A stretch of DNA of 63,598 nt, taken from positions 148,981,561-149,045,158 of the forward strand of contig NC_068981.1 in the NCBI RefSeq assembly GCF_001194135.2, in the 5' to 3' direction. Below are positions 1-10,559 of the stretch, piece after piece (within the stretch, counting starts at the first letter, position 1; each line of letters opens with the position of its first letter). The position numbers and the translations under genes were made by a program. A model generated the notes under the pieces. That model was not told the DNA's origin and did not search any database. It saw only the letters and a list, made by a program, of their open reading frames with translations. The stretch comes from Octopus bimaculoides. Taxonomy: Eukaryota.

Positions 1-799
1 GAACACTTCTCAAAAATAACCTGCAGTTGTTTCCTTCAAAATTCCTACATGCTCGAAATGTACATACATCAAGGTATATTTGTAGAAAATTTCACGAAAA
101 AATATTCATTTTCCTGGAAGTTAAGAGGAATTTAAGTGGAATTTCCGAAAATTGTCTTCCACCCACTCCCAAAACACTTTCACGTGAATGATTGTCTTTA
201 CTTGCACGTGTATGCGTTTGAGAGAGCGAGAGAGGAAGAGAGGAAGAGGGGGAGATAGAGAACGGGAGCAATGTGTATGTTGTTGTCACTGAGCGCGTGC
301 GTAAGAACGCCGTTCCAGGTAGAAGGGAAGAAATATAAAAGTTGCTAGAAACAACAGCCAAATCTCCCTTAAATCACACAAAGTAAACGGAATTTAAAAC
401 ATCTAATTACTGCACTGGAAAGTTCATATCGAGAAAATTTCATTGATGTAAAAATTTTTACGAAAAAGTGGAAAATGTGGATTTCTATAAACTTTTAAAA
501 AGGCTTCACACAGACACACAAGGGAATGGAGATCATAGGCGAGTTACGTAAGCATACTCTCACCCCTACTTCTTTCTCTATATATAAGCAATGGCGGTAG
601 TGGTAGCAGTCGATCTTTATATCGAACCAAGGAAACTAAGTTCCCATCGGTTTTTCAATTTGCTGATATTATCTGTCACCTGTAACACTAACAAGAAGTG
701 TCACTATTTTTGGCCACGGGTGTTGGGTTGGGATTGGGACTCAGAAGACACAGAATCAGAATAGATATCGCAAATCATCAATTCTGCCACTCCACTAAC

Positions 800-905
800 C
801 CAAAACTTGATTTTATTGATCCCAAAAGGACGAAAGGCAAAGTTGACCACACGGAATATGAACTCAGAGCACAAAGAGTCGGAACTAAATACCACTTGGT
901 ATTAT
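800..905 (-). mobile_element. Degraded tRNA-derived SINE, family B
   Basis: ttttattgatcccaaaaggacgaaaggcaaagttgacc matches the better-preserved copies at 27970-28197 and 37105-37298. Confidence 0.6.
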
Positions 906-1559
906 ATCGAACACTCTAAAAGCTCTATCAATTCAGCATATAAATGTTTGTGCGTGTATGGTGTAAACAATGCAGTGAAGAATTGCATTATTATTTGCAA
1001 GAGTCGCGCAGAGCGTTGTTTGTATGTATATTTAATGTGTATATTTCCTTATTTACATCTGTATCATAGTTTCACGCTGCCATCCATTTGGATTCTGGGG
1101 CAGCAGAGGACTTTCATAACACAAGGTCCTTTTCTAAACCAAAAATGTAGATAATTACACTTAAAGATTACAAAAGCAACTTTACCAATGGGTTAAAATG
1201 TAGCCAATTAAACAATCAGCACTGCACAAAGTAAACCAGGCCACATCACACACACAAAAAGTTAAACTACATGCTAAAACAGTCCTTCACAAAATTATAC
1301 ACAGAAAATCACTACCGTTGTGATAAATTAGTTTAGAAATATAAAGTTTAAAGGCCAATTAAAATATTTCTAGTTTGACGTCATAAAATTTAACCAATCT
1401 ATTACCAAATCCTCTTCTACGAGTATAAAGCCACGCAATTCGAATCCAATTACAGTCTAGAAAGTGTATGACGTTATCGGCATTTTCTTTTATTTAATCA
1501 CAAAGAATGCTGGGTCTAGAAAATTCTAGAGAAGTGTTCAGCATATCCTTGGTTAGCTA

Positions 1560-2000
1560 CGAAAGTACAGAGTGGGTGATGTCATAGAGTCTATTTTCTT
1601 TTGAAAGAACAATATAATCAATAATGATATCATAAGACTGAACAGAGACGACAGCCTAATGGATTTTAGAATATAGAGTGAGTAGACAAATGATACATTC
1701 GTAAAACAGATATTAGCCTTTATCGAAAAGTTTTAATTAAGATATCAAAAACTAACTCAGAATTTACCGACATTTAGAATACAACAATGAAGATTACTCC
1801 AGGTTTCTAAGAAGCGCAAATAAAATCTAACCCTCATATATACACATATTCAAATTCAAACTGTCCATCAAATTTTATAAATCAAATTGTTATAGAAATT
1901 TGCAAACGTAAACTCAATCTTATATAAATCAAATAAAAATGCTGTATATGACTATATGACTATCTCTGCTAAAAATCCATTTATAATGAGAATAAATATA
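1560..2000 (+). mobile_element. Degenerate Penelope-like element reverse transcriptase fragment
   Basis: Broken frames give IRLNRDDSL (cf. GLYRDDGL), KTNSEFTD, and further motifs resembling the PLE YIH..SNHP and PFYNE regions. Confidence 0.6.
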
Positions 2001-2187
2001 TCGATATGTGCTATAAAGCAGTTAATCGACGCATTTAGAAGCTGCTTTATTTCATTTCCAAGTAATACTAAATATTTATTGTCAAGTACTTGGGAATTAA
2101 GTCCCTTTTGCTAAAGCATTTCAGTAAAAGATTTCCTTTTGTTTGTTTTCCTAAATAATATACTTATTCACACACGCGCGCGCGCAC

Positions 2188-2222
<35 letters not shown>

Positions 2223-2251
2223 CGTAGACACACACACGCAGACAAACACAC

Positions 2252-2285
<34 letters not shown>

Positions 2286-2791
2286 NNNNNNNNNNNNNNN
2301 NNNNNNNNNNNNNNNNNNNNNNNNNNNNNNNNNNNNNNNNNNNNNNNNNNNNNNNNNNNNNNNNNNNNNNNNNNNNNNNNNNNNNNNNNNNNNNNNNNNN
2401 NNNNNNNNNNNNNNNNNNNNNNNNNNNNNNNNNNNNNNNNNNNNNNNNNNNNNNNNNNNNNNNNNNNNNNNNNNNNNNNNNNNNNNNNNNNNNNNNNNNN
2501 NNNNNNNNNNNNNNNNNNNNNNNNNNNNNNNNNNNNNNNNNNNNNNNNNNNNNNNNNNNNNNNNNNNNNNNNNNNNNNNNNNNNNNNNNNNNNNNNNNNN
2601 NNNNNNNNNNNNNNNNNNNNNNNNNNNNNNNNNNNNNNNNNNNNNNNNNNNNNNNNNNNNNNNNNNNNNNNNNNNNNNNNNNNNNNNNNNNNNNNNNNNN
2701 NNNNNNNNNNNNNNNNNNNNNNNNNNNNNNNNNNNNNNNNNNNNNNNNNNNNNNNNNNNNNNNNNNNNNNNNNNNNNNNNNNNNNNNNNAT

Positions 2792-2900
<109 letters not shown>

Positions 2901-2905
2901 CTTGC

Positions 2906-3052
2906 CCAGTTTCTTGGAATACTCCTTTAGCATCAAGAACTGTGAAAAGCTCATTTGATGTTTTGCTGCTGTTACCTGTGTACAGGTAATGCTCTAAGGG
3001 TACCGGCATTTTTGAGGTACTGATCACATAAAGCTTTCGCTTCTTGGTTTTC
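2906..3052 (-). CDS. SKIV2L: Internal exon (147 nt, phase 2-2) of SKI2/SKIV2L-type DExH RNA helicase, just after motif III
   Basis: Reads (G)[48 protein letters not shown](G), closely matching the human SKIV2L segment as I recall it ([46 protein letters not shown]) and unlike the MTR4 equivalent. Acceptor ttcttttctattgtag|G at 3053-3054; donor GG|gcaagt at 2905-2900. Confidence 0.92.
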
Positions 3053-3383
3053 CTACAATAGAAAAGAAGAATATTGTCTATTTGTTTCTTTTTATACCTG
3101 ATCTTCGTTACTGATCTTCTATAAGAGTGAAGTAGTATCCAACAATTTGCCATTTCTACATAAGAAACCCAAGAAGTAAACATGCAGTAATAAATTTTGA
3201 AAAACAGAGTTTATTTTAATGAGATACATGTTGAAATCACCTGAAGAGACACATCTACACCAAGGGATACACCTAAACGAGTTGTGCAGTATTCCACTTG
3301 CGAGGGATAAATGCTAGATGGGTCAAAATGATTGTAGTGACCAATAAAGATTCTCATATATTCCATCTTCTGTCTGTCTCTCC

Positions 3384-3427
<44 letters not shown>

Positions 3428-3844
3428 AGGTATTTTTGCCTCTTGGCTGAAACAGCTGTAAGATATTATCCCAATTTCTATTGCAGTATGTTATATTTTA
3501 ATAATTACTGATATTTTTCTTCTGTCTTGCTATTTGCTGTTGTCTATATCCTACAGGATTTCTTCTAAGCATTACCTACCACTTTTGTCTTTTGGCCTTA
3601 AGGCTGTATTTTGCTCGTTTCATCTTTGTCCATCATCCAAAATTACATTTGTTTTCTTTACTTTCACATGCCTTCTCTGTGTTGTTTTATTTGCTTGAGT
3701 CCCAATTCTCTGCATATTTTGCAAGCACCACCAACATGGGAAGCCTCAGTCATATCATTAATGGTGCAAAACTGAGTATTACCATTTTGGTTGATAACTA
3801 ACGAAGAATTAGGGACCCTCTGTATCTTATACATATATATATAT

Positions 3845-4228
3845 ACTCTTACTCTCTTTTACTCTTTTACTTGTTTCAGTCATTTGACTATGGCCATGCT
3901 GGAGCACCGCCTTTTTAGTCGAGCTAATCGACCCCAGGACTTATTCTTTGGAAGCCTAGTACTTATTCTATCGGTCACTTTAGCCGAACCGCTAAGTTAC
4001 GGGGACGTAAACACACCAACGATGTTGGGGGGAACAAACAGAGACACACAAACATACACACACACACACACACATATATACATACATATATACGACAGGC
4101 TTCTTTCAGTTTCTGTCTACCAAATCCACTCACAAGGCTTTGGTCGGCCTGAGGCTATAGTAGAAGACACTTGCCCAAGGTGCCACGCAGTGGGACTGAA
4201 CCCGGAACCATGTGGTTGGTAAGCAAGC
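3845..4228 (-). mobile_element. tRNA-derived SINE family A (about 400 bp, internal microsatellite), near full length
   Basis: Head (rc) aaccacatggttccgggttcagtcccactgcgtggcaccttgggcaagtgtcttctactatagcc and tail (rc) ccagcatggccatagtcaaatgactgaaacaagtaaaagagtaaa recur many times in the window. Resembles the Octopus OK/OR tRNA-SINEs; exact family name not verified. Confidence 0.9.
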
Positions 4229-4651
4229 AAGCAAACATATATATATGTATATANNNNNNNNNNNNNNNNNNNNNNNNNNNNNNNNNNNNNNNNNNNNNNN
4301 NNNNNNNNNNNNNNNNNNNNNNNNNNNNNNNNNNNNNNNNNNNNNNNNNNNNNNNNNNNNNNNNNNNNNNNNNNNNNNNNNNNNNNNNNNNNNNNNNNNN
4401 NNNNNNNNNNNNNNNNNNNNNNNNNNTGTGTGTGTGTGTGTGTGTATAACAAAACAGGAGGTGCATTTCCACGCAGGAAAAAATATGGGTAAATTTGTTG
4501 TTGAAAATCGACCTAAATTTGAAAAACTTGTAATTGTTTTTAAATGAATTTATTTACATATATACCAAACTAGTTTCAACAATAATTTTGTTTATCAATG
4601 GTAAAAATTAAAAATTATGAATTAGAAAAACATGTTTAAAAGTTTCAATGT

Positions 4652-4967
4652 TTACAAGTTTTAATGATATGAAATATGTTTTAAATGTTCAAAACATTCA
4701 ATATTATAAAAAAATGTGGATCATCTTGTTTAAATGCACAAAATTGAATAGTGTTAGTAGTGATTGATTAAAAATGTGGATTATTAAAGTTTCCCTTTTT
4801 TCCTCCCTTTTAACTCAGTATGACCGAAACTTTGAGGATTCACATTTTTTATCGATCACTACTAACACTATTCAATTTTTTTACATTTAAACAAGATGAT
4901 CCACATTTTTTATATTATTAAATGTTATGAATATTTAAAACATATTTCATATTATTAAAACTTGTAA
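4652..4967. repeat. Foldback/MITE-like inverted repeat, about 128-bp arms (4652-4779 / 4841-4967)
   Basis: aaaatgtggatcatcttgtttaaatg..aattgaatagtgttagtagtgat is mirrored by atcactactaacactattcaatt..catttaaacaagatgatccacatttt. Confidence 0.9.
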
Positions 4968-5058
4968 CCACAAAAGAAAATAATGTTCTCCAGGGAAATT
5001 CAGCGCACATCAGAACATGAACAAGACAAATGACAATATACAAAAGATAAAGAATTAG

Positions 5059-5136
5059 TCGTAGACCAGGTTTCGCGCATTAATGGATTAATGTAATTTT
5101 TACGTACATAAACCCATCCGAGGCTCATCGGTACGA
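5059..5136 (-). ncRNA. Type I hammerhead ribozyme motif (U4C core variant, extended stem II) in a Penelope-associated repeat
   Basis: Minus strand: TCGTA-CCGATGA-GC[insert]GC-GAAA-CCTGG-TC-TACGA; stem I TCGTA/TACGA, predicted GUC cleavage triplet. Confidence 0.65.
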
Positions 5137-5239
5137 TCGTTCGATACAAATCAGAATTTGCAGAACAATACACGGATTGTCTACATACAGTTAGACATGT
5201 GTACAGTTCTACTGATTACATTGGAGTTGATGACCGTTG

Positions 5240-5410
5240 ATGATCGATTTCTAGCGTAAAGGATGTCCACTTAGTGGTCATCCATTCTCACATGTATGTA
5301 ATATAATTTTTTTGAATTTTCAGAATTTTCTTTATGCTAGGCCACTGGTTTTAAATTGGTGCTAATTAATTTAATATCCAATTTATCACCCTTATTATTA
5401 TTTAAATTTT
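5240..5410. repeat. Interspersed repeat (family Z), also at about 30975-31200
   Basis: Shared blocks ggatgtccacttagtggtcatcc and tgctaggccactggttttaaattg...tttatcaccct. Confidence 0.7.
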
Positions 5411-5525
5411 AATAATTATGTTCTCTAGCCGGCAAACGGTTACTGTAGTGAATTATCTTCTGCGAAATTGTTTCCGGTGTTTAACGCACCCTTATTATAT
5501 ATATATATATATATGGATAGATAGG

Positions 5526-5580
<55 letters not shown>

Positions 5581-5619
5581 AACTTGGAAAAGGATGCGTG
5601 GCGTTCGATCACATAATAA

Positions 5620-5945
5620 TATAAATAATATATAAATATATGCATATATACATACATATATGCACATACCTACATATATATGTATATATACATGCATATA
5701 TGGGTACAGGACATAAAAAAAACGTTAAACACAATGAGAAACGAGAACATAAAAACGATAACATAGAAAACGAACTTGTTTTCGAACAACAAAAAAACAA
5801 ACAGAGAAACGAGACATGTAACATAAAGAATATTCCCCTTTATCAGTTGTCCCTGTTTCATCTACTCCGCGTTTCGAAGGTAAGGACAAGACGTGACTTC
5901 GTTGAAACAGTCCTTCCCGCAAATCAAATTCAATAAAATTTGGGA
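5620..5945 (-). mobile_element. Penelope-associated terminal repeat family Y (copy at 44800-45060 in opposite orientation; variant at 52040-52250)
   Basis: acagagaaacgagacatg.aacataaaga.tat.cccttt.tcagttgtccctgtt is the reverse complement of 44820-44880. PLE assignment inferred from adjacency to the GIY-YIG relic at 44230. Confidence 0.6.
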
Positions 5946-6178
5946 TATTTTGCGGAGGGTAAAATTGGTAACAAGTACAGCACAGTGAGAACAAGACAGT
6001 AAAAACAAACGGTGAGGGCTGTTGAGCCAAAACGATGGGAAAATTATTATGAACGCTAGGAGGACGAGCCATGAGAGGAGACAGGCAATAGCACGTCTTT
6101 TCTTTAGGAAAGATATGAACAGAAAAATAGATCCCCTTTCGTCATGTGTCAGCGACGAGAGAGTCAAGGAGGAAGAAT

Positions 6179-6211
<33 letters not shown>

Positions 6212-8302
6212 NNNNNNNNNNNNNNNNNNNNNNNNNNNNNNNNNNNNNNNNNNNNNNNNNNNNNNNNNNNNNNNNNNNNNNNNNNNNNNNNNNNNNNNNN
6301 NNNNNNNNNNNNNNNNNNNNNNNNNNNNNNNNNNNNNNNNNNNNNNNNNNNNNNNNNNNNNNNNNNNNNNNNNNNNNNNNNNNNNNNNNNNNNNNNNNNN
6401 NNNNNNNNNNNNNNNNNNNNNNNNNNNNNNNNNNNNNNNNNNNNNNNNNNNNNNNNNNNNNNNNNNNNNNNNNNNNNNNNNNNNNNNNNNNNNNNNNNNN
6501 NNNNNNNNNNNNNNNNNNNNNNNNNNNNNNNNNNNNNNNNNNNNNNNNNNNNNNNNNNNNNNNNNNNNNNNNNNNNNNNNNNNNNNNNNNNNNNNNNNNN
6601 NNNNNNNNNNNNNNNNNNNNNNNNNNNNNNNNNNNNNNNNNNNNNNNNNNNNNNNNNATATATATATATATTAATAGTAATATATATATATATATATATT
6701 ACTATTAAAGGGCATTCATTTATGTTGAAGATAAAAAGAAAGTCTGTCAAAAACTTTGAAGTAATGAATGAACGATTAAAACTCTCGAAACTACGGAATA
6801 AATTGAACCCAAATAACTGTTGTAATGTTATAATAGCCATTATAATATGGCTATAATAATTCTAAAATCGTCCCTTCAGATATTCAATTTTCATGTAATT
6901 AATTATCTTCTCTAAAATATTCTTTACAATATTCTTTATTATATTTATTTTGTCAGTAATTACTTCAAAGCGTTTACATGATTAATGCTATTCTTTAAGA
7001 CAGCCTACAAAGTCTTACGCCTGAAACATACAAGCAATGGAGGAAATGAAACAGAACTGCAAGCTTAATTTCTTTGTATGATTTCTTTAAAACTTTAAAA
7101 AAATATTGACTTGGCCTCCGAGATAGGAAGTTCATATTATCATTGTTAGCATAAAATAAACCACCATTCAATTCAACTAGGGATTTTTTTCTTCTTAAAT
7201 TGTGCACTAACAGTTTCCGCCTATTAAAGAAATGGTGTGAAATTCTTGTATTGAAAATACAACTAATTTCAGACTTTTATCATGTAATATGAGCAAATTT
7301 AAAATATAAGGTTCAACTACCATCCAGTTATTTATATCTAGTGAGTGTATAAACAAGAACAAATATCGACTTGAAAATCGATGCGTCAATTTACTATTGT
7401 ATGTGCTCAGCAGCGTATGTATGTACATATATATTCAAATATTTTATTTATTTATGTATCTATTTACTTATTGACTTATATATACATATATTACCTGTAT
7501 ATATTTTTTTTATTCTGTTTACTACTATGTTGTTCAGTCTTTTCCCTTTGCCTTTTTTTCACTCCATCACTTGTCATCTCTTCCTTTTGTCCATTTCTCC
7601 ATCACTTGCTTGCTTACTTTCAATTTTCTTCTCTAAATACTTATGAATTACCTCGCCATATGTCTAACTTCAGATATTTGATCTCTATAAGAGAATGCAA
7701 TAAATTCCCTTAATGATCCATTGCAGTTATGCATCCAAATGCTCTTGGAACATCCAGTGCTGAGTTCTAAATAACAGCAGTGGTGAAAGTACGTAGGAAC
7801 TAAATATTTGCACTGATATTTATTGTTTATGCAAGTATATATATATATANNNNNNNNNNNNNNNNNNNNNNNNNNNNNNNNNNNNNNNNNNNNNNNNNNN
7901 NNNNNNNNNNNNNNNNNNNNNNNNNNNNNNNNNNNNNNNNNNNNNNNNNNNNNNNNNNNNNNNNNNNNNNNNNNNNNNNNNNNNNNNNNNNNNNNNNNNN
8001 NNNNNNNNNNNNNNNNNNNNNNNNNNNNNNNNNNNNNNNNNNNNNNNNNNNNNNNNNNNNNNNNNNNNNNNNNNNNNNNNNNNNNNNNNNNNNNNNNNNN
8101 NNNNNNNNNNNNNNNNNNNNNNNNNNNNNNNNNNNNNNNNNNNNNNNNNNNNNNNNNNNNNNNNNNNNNNNNNNNNNNNNNNNNNNNNNNNNNNNNNNNN
8201 NNNNNNNNNNNNNAGAGAGAGAGAGAGAGAGAGAGATTCGCTATGATAGATCGGTAGCCTCTACACCTTCTTTATTTTCTCTCCTTGTTTCTTTCTGTGT
8301 TC

Positions 8303-8338
8303 CTTTCTGTGGAAGAGCGTAGGCTCGAAACGTTAAAG
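8303..8338 (+). ncRNA. Minimal type I hammerhead-like motif, CUGU core variant
   Basis: CTTT-CTGTGGA-A-GAGC(GTAG)GCTC-GAAA-CGTT-AAAG: stem I CTTT/AAAG, stem II GAGC/GCTC, palindromic ACGT stem III. Confidence 0.55.
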
Positions 8339-10244
8339 ACTTTTTCATTTCCTGAGCGTTATACTAATAAAACGTGCTATTTCCAAATATGTGAAGAGAG
8401 CAATTAATTTTCCATTTTTTCCTGTGCAACTCTATATGCAATATCGTTTACCTGTGGTTTTATATTTTATTGTCGAGATTAAGGATAAAATATAGCTTAT
8501 AATTTTACAACTTATAGAGCTATTGCTGTAGAACGTATCTACCATTTTTCAAATATGACGTAGTGTTTTGCTTGATGTCACCTCATCGTAAACCCTAAAA
8601 TGTATGACCTTTGTCCCTTTTGAAAAGAAAGTAAACAATATTTTTATGAATTTGCAATTAAAAAATTGCACATATATTTCTGAATGTATCACACACACAC
8701 ACACACACACATAGTTTCACACATACATAACCATGAATATTACGTAAGATGGAACATTAATTTACGCTTGTATATAAACCAAACTTTTAAACTATATAGT
8801 AAAGGCAACCTTACACCCACCACCACATTCTCGAGTTAATATATTTCGAAATTAGTAATATAAACCACACTTGATGACATAGATATTTCTTCCGTTTTTT
8901 GAAGCATTTTATTAGATTTAATTTCGTTTCATTTTACTTGCATGACACCGAGTAGAAAGTGCTAAAATGTGCCCTAATCTTTTATAAATCATTAATTTAC
9001 ACCGAAAGTACAAAATACTTTATAAAAGAAAATTAAGTCGTTATCTGTTCAAATTAAGCTGTTATTTTTCATAAACCTTAACCTAAGCCGGTTATAATAA
9101 ACTTGTGGCTTTAAACTTCGGGTGAAAATATTTAAACAGATGAAAAAAAGATTTAGGCATATTTCTTGAAAATACCTAGTTGTTAATTTAATATTATTAT
9201 TTTAAATATCAAGATTATTATTTTAAACTAAGTTTAAGAATAACATCGGTATTTACTAATGGAGAGAATCAGTGCTAAAAGTAGAGTTAAAACCCGGTTG
9301 AATAAGCCGTCAGACGAAACTTAATTCCATTTCAAAACAAATCTATTGTGTGTGTGTATGTGTGCGTGTGTGTACATCTGTATGCGTCTGAATGTATATA
9401 TTAATGTTTGTCTTTATATGAAGTTATGTATAAGTACAATTAAACTGAGGGAACACACAGTACTTTTCAGTAGAGTACATATATGTTAATTCTAACGAAA
9501 TTTCGGTTGAACTGATGCAATCAGTCTCATGAGAGCTGGAAAGATGAAACTTCGAGTCGCTACCAAACCTTTGCATTTATAAATTGATATGTATATATGT
9601 ATGTGTGTATGTATGTATGTATGTATGTATGTATGTATGTATGTATGTATGTATGTATGTATGTATGTATGTATGCATGTATGTATGCATGCATTTATGT
9701 ATGTATGCATGCATGTATGTATGTATGTATGTATGTATGTATGCATGCATGCGTGTGATTATAAATATATAAGACAAGTTATAGATAATGGTCATTACAT
9801 ATTTTTCCTTTATTACTGCAAATTTGGCTTACAGCTGTTTTCAGTCCAAACCAGCAACTTTTCCTTAGTGGGACTGTTGGCTGTTATGAGCAAGATTATT
9901 TGAAGACTGGTAATTGTCCCTGCATGCAAGTTGACTGACGGCAGCTCTACATCTGTGTGTGCATACGTACAGTGTTTTTGTATGTTAATTATGTTTACGT
10001 TTACTTATTTTGAGTTACAGTTTATCTTACCAAATTCTTAGCAAGTCGAAGCAGAAATAGTTAAAAAACTAGATTAAGCATTGGCATTTTTATAAGATCG
10101 ATTAAAAGAGGTAATGGTTGTGGACCAGTGAGTTCCAAGTCGTATGACCATAACATATAAAAGAAAAACAAAGGATGTACACAATGAAATTCGCGAGCAA
10201 ATTGTGAATACTTAAAAAGTTATATTTATTCACATAGGTGCTGA

Positions 10245-10419
10245 TGCGGCTGTGTGATAAGAAGCTAGCTTCTCAACCACATGGCTCCGGGTTCAGTCCC
10301 ACCTTGATCGTGTCTTCTACTATATCGTGGCATCTTGGGCAAGTGTCTTTTACTATAGTCTCGCGCCAACCAAAGCCTTGTGAGTGAATTTAGTAGACGG
10401 AAACTGAAAGAAACCTGTC

Positions 10420-10462
<43 letters not shown>

Positions 10463-10545
10463 CGTGTGTGTGTTTGCCCCTCCCCCCATCACTTAGCGGT
10501 TCAGCAAAGTGATCGATAGAAGAAGTAATAGCCTTAGAAAATGAG
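10245..10545 (+). mobile_element. SINE family A, 3'-truncated, abutting Gypsy gag
   Basis: gctgtgtgataagaagctagcttctcaaccacatggctccgggttcagtccc...cttagcggttcagcaaag. Confidence 0.85.
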
Positions 10546-10559
10546 TCATAGTTGGAGCA

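Noticed and set aside
180-360. Promoter-like patch (two CACGTG, GCGCGTGCG, TATAAAA)
   Set aside because: Short motifs only, partly overlapping a repeat end; no transcript evidence.
3230-3340. GDFN peptide suggesting a LINE endonuclease on the minus strand
   Set aside because: A single short motif with stops around it.
8938-8961. 24-nt minus-strand micro-exon (HFLLGVMQ) and a possible exon at about 7660-7800
   Set aside because: Splice signals are modest and expected by chance in AT-rich DNA; no homology.
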